From assembly GCA_016185345.1 (NCBI GenBank), contig JACPNS010000002.1, forward strand, positions 2,149-66,148: 64,000 nt of DNA. The letters run 5' to 3'. The notes below the pieces were generated by a model that was not told where the DNA came from, searched no databases, and saw only the letters and a program-made list of their open reading frames with translations. Within the stretch, counting starts at the first letter, position 1. Every line of letters begins with the position of its first letter. This document shows positions 45,926 through 55,543 of the stretch, in pieces. Origin of the DNA: Solirubrobacterales bacterium. GTDB taxonomy: Bacteria; Actinomycetota; Thermoleophilia; Solirubrobacterales; JACPNS01. The position numbers and the translations under genes were made by a program.

Positions 45926-48900
45926 GTGAGCGACCTAGCTCTCCCAGTACGCCAAGTCGAAGACGACGAGCTGTTCAACGCGCTCGGCGGCGATTCGGCA
46001 CGCGTTTTTGTCTCTCAGGCCTTCACGCCGTTCGCTCTGGCCGTTGCCGCTCAGCGCTTCGCTGCGGGCCGCACAGCGCTGATCGTCGTCTCCGACGACA
46101 CCGCCGCTCGCGACCTCGCCGCTGACCTTTCGGTCTACATGCCCGGCCGATCCGTGCGCGCCTACCCCGCGCGCGGAGTGCTCTACGAGTCGCACCTGGC
46201 CCCGCCGCCGCACCTCGTGGGTCTGCGCATCGCTGCGCTCGATTCGATCACGGCCGACGGCTCAGACGCGATCATCGTGGTCAGCGCCGGCGCCCTGGCC
46301 GAACGCGTTCCCGATCCAGAACTGCGGCCCCACGGCTTCAAGCTCGCGCAAGGCGACGTCGCCGAACTCGACGAACTCGCCCGCGATCTAGTGAAGAGCG
46401 GATACGAGCGGGTCGATCGCGTCGAGGACCGTGGCCAGTTCGCAACGCGCGGCGACATTCTCGACGTCTTCCCCGCGACCGGCGACAACGCCGTGCGAGT
46501 TGAGTTCTTCGACATAGAGATCGAGTCGCTCCGGCGCTTCTCGACCTTCACTCAACGATCGCTCGAGAGCGTCGTGCACGTCGAGATCGAACCCGCGACC
46601 GAACTCGCCGCCGAGTACCGCGAGGACGCAGCTCAAGCGCTTGCCGAGCAGGACGAGGAGGACGAGTCGCACCCCGCGGACATCGCCGAACTGCTCCCGA
46701 TCGACCGCTTCCATGCGTTGCTCGACCTTGCACCCGACAACGCGTGGCTCGCCGTCGCCGGACGCGAAGACGTCGAGTCGGCGCTGAACGAACTTTGGTC
46801 TGATGTTGAGGCGACCTACCACGACGCCTCGGGACACGGCCTCTATGTGCCCCCCGAAGAGCTGCTCGCCCAGGTCGCAGAAGAGGCCGACCTCTCGATC
46901 AGCAATCTCACCGCCGAGCCCGGCTCACCCGAACTCCGCGCAGAACGCCCGGCCAGCATGGCAAGGAGCTTTGAGGCAGCCGAAGTAGAGATCGAGAGCC
47001 TCCAACGCAGCGGCTACCGCACGGTGATCGCCTGGAGCCGCAAGTCAGAGCGCGAACGCGCGCAGTACAACCTTGCTCGTGTCAAGCCGCGCGGGCTCGA
47101 GGAGTCCGATCAGATCGGTGAATGGACCGGGGTCTTCTTCACTCAGCAGACGCTGCGCGAGGGGTTCGTATCGCCCGCACTCAAGCTCGCGATCGTCCCC
47201 GATCGACTGCTGCTTCGAACTGCCGGCGGCAAGGCGGCGCAGACCAGCACGCGCGGCCGGATCGCCAGCTTCGCCGACCTCGCCGTGAACGACATCATCG
47301 TCCACGAGGACCACGGGATCGCGCGCTTTGACGGCTTTGACACCAAGACCGTCGGCGGTGTCACTCGTGACTACCTGACCCTCGCCTACCGCGGCGATGA
47401 CAAGGTCTTCCTTCCGGCCGATCAGCTGCACAAGATCAGTCGCTACTTCGGCGCCGCTGGCCCCGATGGAGTGAACCTCAGCAAGCTCGGCGGCAAGGCC
47501 TGGGAGAATCTCAAGTCTCGAGCACGCAAGGCAGCGCATGAGCTCGCAGGCGAACTGATCAACCTCTACGCCGCACGCCGCCGCGCGATCGGCTTCAGCT
47601 TCAGCCCCGACAACGAGATGCAGCTCGAGTTCGAGGGCGCGTTCCCGTACCAGGAGACACGCGATCAGCTCGACGCGATCGAGCGGGTGAAGGAGGGCAT
47701 GGAGTCGCGGCAACCGATGGACATGCTCGTCTGCGGTGACGTCGGTTTCGGCAAGACTGAGGTAGCGCTGCGCGCCGCTTTCAAGGCCGTGCAGGACAGC
47801 AAGCAGGTGATGGTCCTCGCCCCGACCACGATCCTCACGCAGCAGCACTTCGGCACCTTCAGCGAGCGGATGCGCGACTTCCCGATCACCGTTGACTTCG
47901 TCAGCCGCTTTCGCAGCAAGGCCGAGCAGAAGGAGACGCTGAAGAAGTTCGAGGAAGGCGCAGTTGACGTATTGATCGGCACGCACCGCTTGCTTTCTGC
48001 CGACGTCCGCCCGAAGGACCTCGGCCTGATCGTCGTGGACGAGGAACAGCGCTTCGGCGTCAAGCAGAAGGAGCTGCTGCGTCAGCTGCGATTGCAGACC
48101 GACGTGATCAGCCTCTCGGCAACCCCGATCCCGCGAACGCTGCAGATGTCGATGGCCGGCATGCGCGAAATCGCTGTGATCGCCACGCCGCCCGAAGGCC
48201 GTCGCCCGGTGCGCACGCACGTCGGCGAGTGGGATGAAGAGGTCGTAAAACAGGCCTTGCAGCGCGAACACGATCGCGGCGGACAGTCGCTCTACATGCA
48301 CGACCTCGTCGGGACGATCGATGAGACGGCCGATCGAATCCGCGCGCTGATGCCCGACCTACGCGTCGACGTCGTGCACGGCCAGCTCGACGAGCACACG
48401 CTCGAAGAGCGGATGATGGGATTCATCCGCGGCGAATACGAGTGCCTCGTCTGCACGACGATCGTCGAGTCGGGCCTTGACATCCCATCCGCAAACACCT
48501 TGATCGTCGAGCGAGCCGACAAGCTCGGGCTCTCGCAGGCCTACCAAATCCGCGGCCGCGTCGGTCGTGGACGCGAGCGCGCGTTTGCCTATTTCCTCTA
48601 TCCCGGCGCAGCGGCGCTGACCCAGATCGCCGGCAGCAGGCTCGCAACGCTCGCCGACCACACCGAACTCGGCAGCGGATTCAAGGTGGCCATGCGCGAC
48701 CTTGAGATCCGCGGCGCCGGCAACCTGCTCGGCGACGAGCAGTCCGGCCACATCGCCGCCGTCGGATTCGACCTCTACGTCTCGATGATCGACGCAGCCG
48801 TCGCGGAGCTCGAGGGACGCGACGACTCCGAGGTCACGCAGCCCGTGCGACTTGATGTATCGGTCGATGCATACGTGCCGAGCGAGTACGTCATGTACGA

Positions 48901-49291
48901 GCAGGCCAAGATCGAACTGCATCGCCGCATTGCGGGCGCGCGTGAGCTTGCGGACATCGGATCGCTGCGCGCGGAACTGAAGGATCGCTTCGGTCCCGTG
49001 CCTGAGCCGCTCGAGCGACTACTCCAATTGCAGGAGGCGCGGCTCAAGTTTGGCCGCTGCGGCGCGCGCACGGTGGGCTTCACTCAGGGCAGATTGGTGG
49101 TCGCCCCGATCGAACTCAACGCAGACCAGGTTGCAGAAATTCGTGAAGATCTGCCCACAGCCATCTACGATCGAGGCCAGCGCACGATTGCGATGCGCGT
49201 AGATGGGGAGCCGGAAGAGCAGTTCGCTGTTCTGTCGGGGCTCGCGGACGCTCTGGTCGGCGCCACGGGATCTGTACCCGAACCGGTCTGA
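45926..49291 (+). CDS. mfd: transcription-repair coupling factor
   Basis: 1121 aa. GDVGFGKTEVALRAA, VVDEEQRFGV, TRG-motif region. Confidence 0.95.
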   Translation: MSDLALPVRQVEDDELFNALGGDSARVFVSQAFTPFALAVAAQRFAAGRTALIVVSDDTAARDLAADLSVYMPGRSVRAYPARGVLYESHLAPPPHLVGLRIAALDSITADGSDAIIVVSAGALAERVPDPELRPHGFKLAQGDVAELDELARDLVKSGYERVDRVEDRGQFATRGDILDVFPATGDNAVRVEFFDIEIESLRRFSTFTQRSLESVVHVEIEPATELAAEYREDAAQALAEQDEEDESHPADIAELLPIDRFHALLDLAPDNAWLAVAGREDVESALNELWSDVEATYHDASGHGLYVPPEELLAQVAEEADLSISNLTAEPGSPELRAERPASMARSFEAAEVEIESLQRSGYRTVIAWSRKSERERAQYNLARVKPRGLEESDQIGEWTGVFFTQQTLREGFVSPALKLAIVPDRLLLRTAGGKAAQTSTRGRIASFADLAVNDIIVHEDHGIARFDGFDTKTVGGVTRDYLTLAYRGDDKVFLPADQLHKISRYFGAAGPDGVNLSKLGGKAWENLKSRARKAAHELAGELINLYAARRRAIGFSFSPDNEMQLEFEGAFPYQETRDQLDAIERVKEGMESRQPMDMLVCGDVGFGKTEVALRAAFKAVQDSKQVMVLAPTTILTQQHFGTFSERMRDFPITVDFVSRFRSKAEQKETLKKFEEGAVDVLIGTHRLLSADVRPKDLGLIVVDEEQRFGVKQKELLRQLRLQTDVISLSATPIPRTLQMSMAGMREIAVIATPPEGRRPVRTHVGEWDEEVVKQALQREHDRGGQSLYMHDLVGTIDETADRIRALMPDLRVDVVHGQLDEHTLEERMMGFIRGEYECLVCTTIVESGLDIPSANTLIVERADKLGLSQAYQIRGRVGRGRERAFAYFLYPGAAALTQIAGSRLATLADHTELGSGFKVAMRDLEIRGAGNLLGDEQSGHIAAVGFDLYVSMIDAAVAELEGRDDSEVTQPVRLDVSVDAYVPSEYVMYEQAKIELHRRIAGARELADIGSLRAELKDRFGPVPEPLERLLQLQEARLKFGRCGARTVGFTQGRLVVAPIELNADQVAEIREDLPTAIYDRGQRTIAMRVDGEPEEQFAVLSGLADALVGATGSVPEPV

Positions 49292-49419
49292 AACCTCTTA
49301 TCGGGGACCGTTAAGTGTTTCTTATGCGCCGCGACATGCGAGTTTGCGGGCGGTTCCACTTGATATGTTCCGAGCGCTTTTGAGCGCGTAGTGTCCATCC
49401 AACGAACGAGCAACGAGCC

Positions 49420-50541
49420 TTGAAAAACATCACTTCGAACAAATACTTTATTCCGGGCTTTGCGGCCGTCGTATTCATCCTGGTCGCACTTGTCCTAGTG
49501 GTCTTCCGTGGCGGTGTCCCCAGTGACGCAGTCGCGGCGGTCGATGGCAACGCCATCCCTATAACCGAGTTCAACAAAACCCTCAAGGTCAACGCGGCCC
49601 AGACCGGCGGCGTAGTCCCAGACCCGCCGAGCTACACCAAGTGCATCGCGGGCAAGAAGAAGACGTCTCCGAAGCTGAGCCAGCAGGCCCTGAAGAAGCA
49701 GTGCGAGAAGGACTGGACAACAGCCAAGGACACGATCATGACTTCGCTGATCCAGCAGCAGTGGTTCCAGCTTGAAGCCGAGGAGCGCGGTCTCACGGTC
49801 ACCGACGCCGAGGTCAAGGCGCGTTTCACGCAGCTCAAGCAGCAGTCGTTCCCCAAAGATGCTGATTACCAGAAGTTCTTGAAGCAGTACAACCAGACCG
49901 AGGCCGACCTGCTCAAGCTGGTCAAGGCCAGCATGGTCCAGGAAAAGGTCCAGCAGAAAGTCACCGAGACCCCGACTCCGAGCACCGGTCAGGTCAAGGA
50001 CGAGTACGAGAAGAACAAGTCGAAGTACGCGACGCCCGCAACGCGTGACATCACCCTCGTCTTCAGCGCCAAGAAGGCCAAGGCCGACGCAGCCAAGTCA
50101 GCGATCGAGGGTGGCGACTCCTGGGCAGCAGTGTCCAAGAAGTACTCAGAGGACAGCGTCAGCAAGGGCAACGGCGGCAAGTTCCCCGGCGTGACCAAGG
50201 GTCAGTTCCCGGCGGCGCTCGACAAGGCCGTCTTCGGAGCCAAGAAGGGCGATCTCGTCGGTCCGATCAAGACGCAGTACGGCTACTACCTCTTCGAGGT
50301 CACGAAGATCACCGCAGGATCGCAGCAGACGCTTGCCAAGGCCTCGCCGCAGATCAAGTCGGCGCTTCAGCAGGAGGCGCAACAGAAGGCGCAGACCGAC
50401 TTCCAGAAAGAGTTCTCCGACAAGTGGCGCAAGAAGACAAAGTGCGCCGAGGACTTCAAGGTCAACGCTGTCTGTGGCAACACTGAGAAGCCCAAGCAAG
50501 GCGCAACCCCCGAGGCAGGAGCAGCTGGGCAGGGTCAGTAG
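49420..50541 (+). CDS. membrane-anchored parvulin-type peptidyl-prolyl isomerase (PrsA/SurA-like)
   Basis: N-terminal TM. GDLVGPIKTQYGYYLFEVTKI. TTG start. Confidence 0.7.
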   Translation: MKNITSNKYFIPGFAAVVFILVALVLVVFRGGVPSDAVAAVDGNAIPITEFNKTLKVNAAQTGGVVPDPPSYTKCIAGKKKTSPKLSQQALKKQCEKDWTTAKDTIMTSLIQQQWFQLEAEERGLTVTDAEVKARFTQLKQQSFPKDADYQKFLKQYNQTEADLLKLVKASMVQEKVQQKVTETPTPSTGQVKDEYEKNKSKYATPATRDITLVFSAKKAKADAAKSAIEGGDSWAAVSKKYSEDSVSKGNGGKFPGVTKGQFPAALDKAVFGAKKGDLVGPIKTQYGYYLFEVTKITAGSQQTLAKASPQIKSALQQEAQQKAQTDFQKEFSDKWRKKTKCAEDFKVNAVCGNTEKPKQGATPEAGAAGQGQ

Positions 50542-50575
50542 CCAGCAGCTGTACAAGCAACACGTTTTCGAACTT

Positions 50576-50603
50576 CGCCCGGCCTTCGCGCCGGGCGTTT
50601 TTC
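50576..50603 (+). terminator. intrinsic terminator
   Basis: CGCCCGGC-N6-GCCGGGCG followed by TTTTT. Confidence 0.6.
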
Positions 50604-50630
50604 GTTCCGGGGGCGTTTTTGACGCACTAG

Positions 50631-51962
<1,332 letters not shown>

Positions 51963-52009
51963 CCGCATAGACAGAAGGTGACGCGCCTCTCCGCGCGAAT
52001 GCCTTCCCT

Positions 52010-52342
52010 ATGCCTTCACGCCCAACCCAACGAGTACGAGTAGCCCACAAGTCAAAGGGCCGCCCAGTCTCAAAAGGCATCCGCTGGGGCCGCATGCCAG
52101 GCAACTGGCTGATCGTCATCCTCCTCGTAATGGGAGTCCTCTACATCCCACCCCTCAAGGGCTACTACGAGCAACGCAAAGCAACCACCGCCGCCAAAGC
52201 AAACCTTCAACGGCTCGGTAAAGAAAACCGCGCCCTAAAAGCAAGAGCCCGCTCGCTCAAAAAAGAATCAACGATCGAGCTAGAAGCACGCAAGCTCGGC
52301 ATGGTCGCTCCCGACGAACGACCTTTTGTCATCATTCGCTAA
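52010..52342 (+). CDS. ftsB: septum formation initiator (FtsB/DivIC family)
   Basis: One TM followed by a coiled coil, LGMVAPDERPFVI. Located directly after eno as in other actinobacteria. Start uncertain. Confidence 0.7.
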   Translation: MPSRPTQRVRVAHKSKGRPVSKGIRWGRMPGNWLIVILLVMGVLYIPPLKGYYEQRKATTAAKANLQRLGKENRALKARARSLKKESTIELEARKLGMVAPDERPFVIIR

Positions 52343-52365
52343 CAAACCCGGTGGGGCACGGACGG

Positions 52366-52417
52366 GGAAGGACCTTCTCCCCGCAGACATACCCTGTCGA
52401 GGAGAGAAGGTCCTTCC
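52366..52417. repeat. hairpin element, copy A
   Basis: Outer stem GGAAGGACCTTCTC / GAGAAGGTCCTTCC (14 bp). Core CCCCGCAG-N11-CGAGGAG. Confidence 0.6.
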
Positions 52418-52426
52418 GCGGCCAAG

Positions 52427-52999
52427 TCATGCAGCGTTAGAAGCTGCCTCTTCTGACGTCTCGTCAGCGGATTCCTCAGAGAATCGATTGATCACGATCT
52501 GGTCCGAGGTGATCGTCACGGAAATCGGACGATGACCCGCCCAGTGTTCTGCGTAGACCGGATCTTCAACGATTGCCGGATCCAGCCAAAGCCCATATCC
52601 CTCTTCACCATGGTCAAAGGTCGCTTCAAATGCCGGCCTGCGACGGCCTCGGCCGCCACGACGTCCACGACGACGACGGCGTCCGGGGGCAGCGCCCTCG
52701 TCGTCTTCGTCGGCCCTGGCCGCCTCTGCTTCGCGCTTCGCGAGAGCTGCTTCCAGCTCTGATGCGATCAACGCGTCGTCTTCGGCTCGCAAGTCAAGTT
52801 CTTCTTCGGCCCCGGGTGATGATGATGCGGGGTTTTCGGCTGCAGCGGCACCGTCAGCATCGAGCGACTGCTCGCGCTTGAACGCGGCGATGTCTTCCGC
52901 CGATGCGTCAAGCTGATGCGCGATCCAGGCGTCTGTGCGGCCCTGTCGGACCCATACGCGAATCTGGTTCAGGTGTGGTCGTAGCTGTCTAGTTGCCAT
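52427..52999 (-). CDS. hypothetical protein with acidic region and Arg-rich RGG-like tract
   Basis: Start ATG 52999 (MATRQLRPHLNQIRVW). GRRRRRGRRGGRGRRRP tract. Divergent from csrA. Confidence 0.4.
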   Translation of the reverse strand: MATRQLRPHLNQIRVWVRQGRTDAWIAHQLDASAEDIAAFKREQSLDADGAAAAENPASSSPGAEEELDLRAEDDALIASELEAALAKREAEAARADEDDEGAAPGRRRRRGRRGGRGRRRPAFEATFDHGEEGYGLWLDPAIVEDPVYAEHWAGHRPISVTITSDQIVINRFSEESADETSEEAASNAA

Positions 53000-53059
53000 G
53001 CAACGGACACTATCAGCGGCTTTCGGGCGCAAATCGTCGCATTTCTCGGCCCGCAGGTA

Positions 53060-53213
53060 TAGACAAACTGGCCAAGTATCCAGTATGGTGGATGCATTGC
53101 GGGGAGAGGACACCCCGCGCGTAGCGGTTTTTAGGTAGCATGCCGACTCAGCCCCGAGCGGATGGATCTGACGATGGACCGCTCGAACGACGCAAAGTGC
53201 TTGGAGGCGCTGC
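53060..53213 (+). promoter_or_regulatory. candidate csrA promoter and GGA-rich structured leader
   Basis: TAGACA-N18-TATGGT (53060-53089). Hairpin GCGGGG-AGAGGACA-CCCCGC (53099-53118). Hairpin GAGCGG-N17-CCGCTC (53156-53184) with two GGA in the loop. SD TTGGAGG with GGA at 53203-05. Confidence 0.4.
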
Positions 53214-53459
53214 ATGCTCGTACTCACCCGGAAATCGAATCAGAGCATCATGATCGCGGACGACGTTGAGATCTCCGTGCTCTCAATCGTGGGTGACAAG
53301 GTGCGCATCGGCATCGAGGCTCCGAAGAACATCCCGATCTTCCGCAAAGAGGTCTACCTCCAGATCCAGCGCGAACAGGCCGAAGAGTCAGCAGACTCCC
53401 CTGACGCCACTCCGGAAGCAGTCGACGCCGCTCTAGGCGAAATCGCCAACGGCGCGTAA
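53214..53459 (+). CDS. csrA: carbon storage regulator CsrA (RNA-binding translational regulator)
   Basis: [52 protein letters not shown] is colinear with E. coli and B. subtilis CsrA. Acidic C-terminal extension. Confidence 0.9.
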   Translation: MLVLTRKSNQSIMIADDVEISVLSIVGDKVRIGIEAPKNIPIFRKEVYLQIQREQAEESADSPDATPEAVDAALGEIANGA

Positions 53460-53474
53460 CTCCACTTTGTCGCA

Positions 53475-53497
53475 TTCAGCCCCTCCCTCGGGCTGAA
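53475..53497 (+). terminator. hairpin 16 nt after the csrA stop (possible U-tail-less terminator)
   Basis: TTCAGCCC-CTCCCTC-GGGCTGAA. Confidence 0.3.
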
Positions 53498-53639
53498 ACC
53501 CGCCCAGAGTCAGTCGGCGCCCCGCCAGCGCTGCATACCTAAGCGCCATATCTTCCAAGGTCGATCCCCGCGGGATCGAGTGTGGATGAAATAGGGCTTT
53601 GCAAGCTGATGTACGAAGCACGCCGAATCAGCGAGGACG

Positions 53640-53693
53640 TGGGGGAAGGTTCGCCCCCGCAGGCGTATCCAGCCGAGGAGGTGAACCTTCCCC
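53640..53693. repeat. hairpin element, copy B
   Basis: Outer stem GGGGGAAGGTTC / GAACCTTCCCCC. Core CCCCGCAG-N11-CGAGGAG. Confidence 0.6.
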
Positions 53694-53723
53694 CGCGGCA
53701 TCGCGTACTTCAGGCCGAAGTAC

Positions 53724-53975
53724 CTAGCTCATGATCGAGCTCAGGACCTGAAACATTCCCCAGCTCGTGAGAACAACAGTCGCGACGAGCGTGACCATGA
53801 GCGTGACGAAGCGCCGGAACTGGTGCTGTTCGTGCTGCTCGACGTAACGCTTCTGAGTGCGCTTGATCGCTTCGTGACGCACTTCATGGCGTCGCTTGCG
53901 GTCGGTGTGAGTGTGCTCGTGGAAAGCACGCTCGAACTCGGCCACTGATTGCCGCATCTTCATAACGTCTTTCAC
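53724..53975 (-). CDS. small tail-anchored membrane protein, His/Arg-rich N-terminal part
   Basis: 83 aa. C-terminal TM FVTLMVTLVATVVLTSWGMF. Followed by hairpin GTACTTC-N5-GAAGTAC (53705-53723). Confidence 0.35.
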   Translation of the reverse strand: MKDVMKMRQSVAEFERAFHEHTHTDRKRRHEVRHEAIKRTQKRYVEQHEQHQFRRFVTLMVTLVATVVLTSWGMFQVLSSIMS

Positions 53976-53976
53976 T

Positions 53977-54507
53977 CTAGCGATCGCAGGCCCGCCAAAG
54001 TCCTTTTCTTGTGCGGATTGCTACACGCTCCAGGTCGGCAAGGTACCCGGCCTTTGAAGTGTTGGGCTCAATCTCGATCGTCCGGGCGTAGCCGCCGCGG
54101 ATCAGCTGCGCGTTCACGAACGTGTCGCCGACGTACACGAATGCGAGTGATCGGCCGTACTTGTCTTCGGGCTCAGCATCAGGCACCAGCCGCACCTTGC
54201 GGCCCTGGACGAGCTGCTTGTTGAAGTCGCTGGCCTCACGCCCGAAGCATTCGACGGGGCTGTCGGGCTTGACCGACTCCGGCGTGTCGACGCCGATGTA
54301 GCGAACGCGTTCGCTGCGGCCGTTTGCGCCGCGCACGAGGATCGTGTCGCCGTCCACGACGCGAAGCACGGTGACCGTGCGCTCGGCCCCAGAGGCAGAG
54401 GAGGATTTGCTCGACGGTGCCGACGAATCTCCCTCGATGAGGAAGTTCGCCGACACCACCAGAGCGGCGAACGCGGCAACCCAGCCCGCCGCACTCAGGC
54501 GAGTCAT
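53977..54507 (-). CDS. secreted thermonuclease (staphylococcal nuclease fold)
   Basis: VVDGDTILV...RYIGVDTPE...GREASDF...DKYGRSLAFVY. Confidence 0.8.
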   Translation of the reverse strand: MTRLSAAGWVAAFAALVVSANFLIEGDSSAPSSKSSSASGAERTVTVLRVVDGDTILVRGANGRSERVRYIGVDTPESVKPDSPVECFGREASDFNKQLVQGRKVRLVPDAEPEDKYGRSLAFVYVGDTFVNAQLIRGGYARTIEIEPNTSKAGYLADLERVAIRTRKGLWRACDR

Positions 54508-54511
54508 CGAG

Positions 54512-55429
54512 CTACGGCGTGCGGATGACGTTCTTGACGAGCACGTCGCCGATTGCGCTGACGATCTTTTTTGCCGGCGCAGGTTTGCGCTGCCAGATGT
54601 TGCGGCCGTAGATAACCCCCGAGCCGCCGGCCTTCATGACCATCTTCGTCATCTCAAGGACTTCGGCGTCAGAGGCCTTGTTGCCACCCGAGAGCACGAC
54701 CAGCGAACGGCCGGCGCTCTCGACGCACTGGCGGATCGCTTCTTGCTGGTCGACCTTCATGGTGTTGTAGGGAGCCGGCGCGTCCTTGTCGGACTCGAGG
54801 CCGACCTTCGGCATGTTGATCTTGACGATGTCTGCGCCCATCTCCATGCCCATGCGCGCGGCGTAGTCGATCGCGTAGAAGCTGTCCTGTCCGCCCTTGG
54901 CGGCGACGGCGCTTCCGCGCGGGTATGCCCAGATGACCAGCGGCAGGCCGTACTTCTCGCAGTCGGCGCGAACTTCGCCGAGCTGCTTGAGGTCGCGGTC
55001 CTGGCTCGGTGATCCAACGTACAGCGTGTAGCCAATGGCCGTGGCGCCGAGGCGCACGCCGTCTTCGACGCTGGCGTTGACCGGCGAGAAGGCTTCGGCG
55101 CTGGAGGGAAGCTCAGTCTTGCCGTTGACCTTCAGGAGCAGCGGCACCTGACCGGCCCAGTCGGGCCAATACTTCGTGGCGAAGCCGATCTGACAGGCGA
55201 TGCCTGAGTAGTTTGAGGCTGCAGCGAGGGCGAACTCGTAGTCCGGGTCCTTTGAAGCGGGGTTCGGGAAGAAGTCGCGAGGGCCGTGCTCGATGCCCTG
55301 GTCGATCGGGAGAAACATCAGGGTTCCGTTTCCGGGACCGTGGTTGTAGAGCATGTCGTAGAGGCGCGCCTTCTTGCCGGGCGAGACTACGTCGAGCAAA
55401 GATTTCTGGGGAGACTGCTGCTTGGCCAT
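54512..55429 (-). CDS. class I fructose-bisphosphate aldolase (FbaB/DhnA family)
   Basis: FLPIDQGIEHGP, LLKVNGKTE, GADIVKINMP are colinear with E. coli FbaB as remembered. Confidence 0.75.
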   Translation of the reverse strand: MAKQQSPQKSLLDVVSPGKKARLYDMLYNHGPGNGTLMFLPIDQGIEHGPRDFFPNPASKDPDYEFALAAASNYSGIACQIGFATKYWPDWAGQVPLLLKVNGKTELPSSAEAFSPVNASVEDGVRLGATAIGYTLYVGSPSQDRDLKQLGEVRADCEKYGLPLVIWAYPRGSAVAAKGGQDSFYAIDYAARMGMEMGADIVKINMPKVGLESDKDAPAPYNTMKVDQQEAIRQCVESAGRSLVVLSGGNKASDAEVLEMTKMVMKAGGSGVIYGRNIWQRKPAPAKKIVSAIGDVLVKNVIRTP

Positions 55430-55543
55430 GGTGGGGTTGACTCCTGATCCGTTTCTACCGCTTGGAATATGGGAAACTTGTGGGCCAGAGCATAATCGAG
55501 GCGATTGGGCCGGGCGGGGCGATCGGTACGCTGCGGATCAGCC

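Noticed and set aside
47045-48301. 418-aa ORF antisense to mfd
   Set aside because: Same reasoning: mfd motifs are unambiguous on the + strand, and the antisense product is low-complexity.
53433-53701. Two short - strand ORFs (62 and 63 aa) in the spacer downstream of csrA
   Set aside because: They are composed largely of the hairpin sequences, overlap each other in different frames, and have no SD or motif. The region is more plausibly non-coding and structured.
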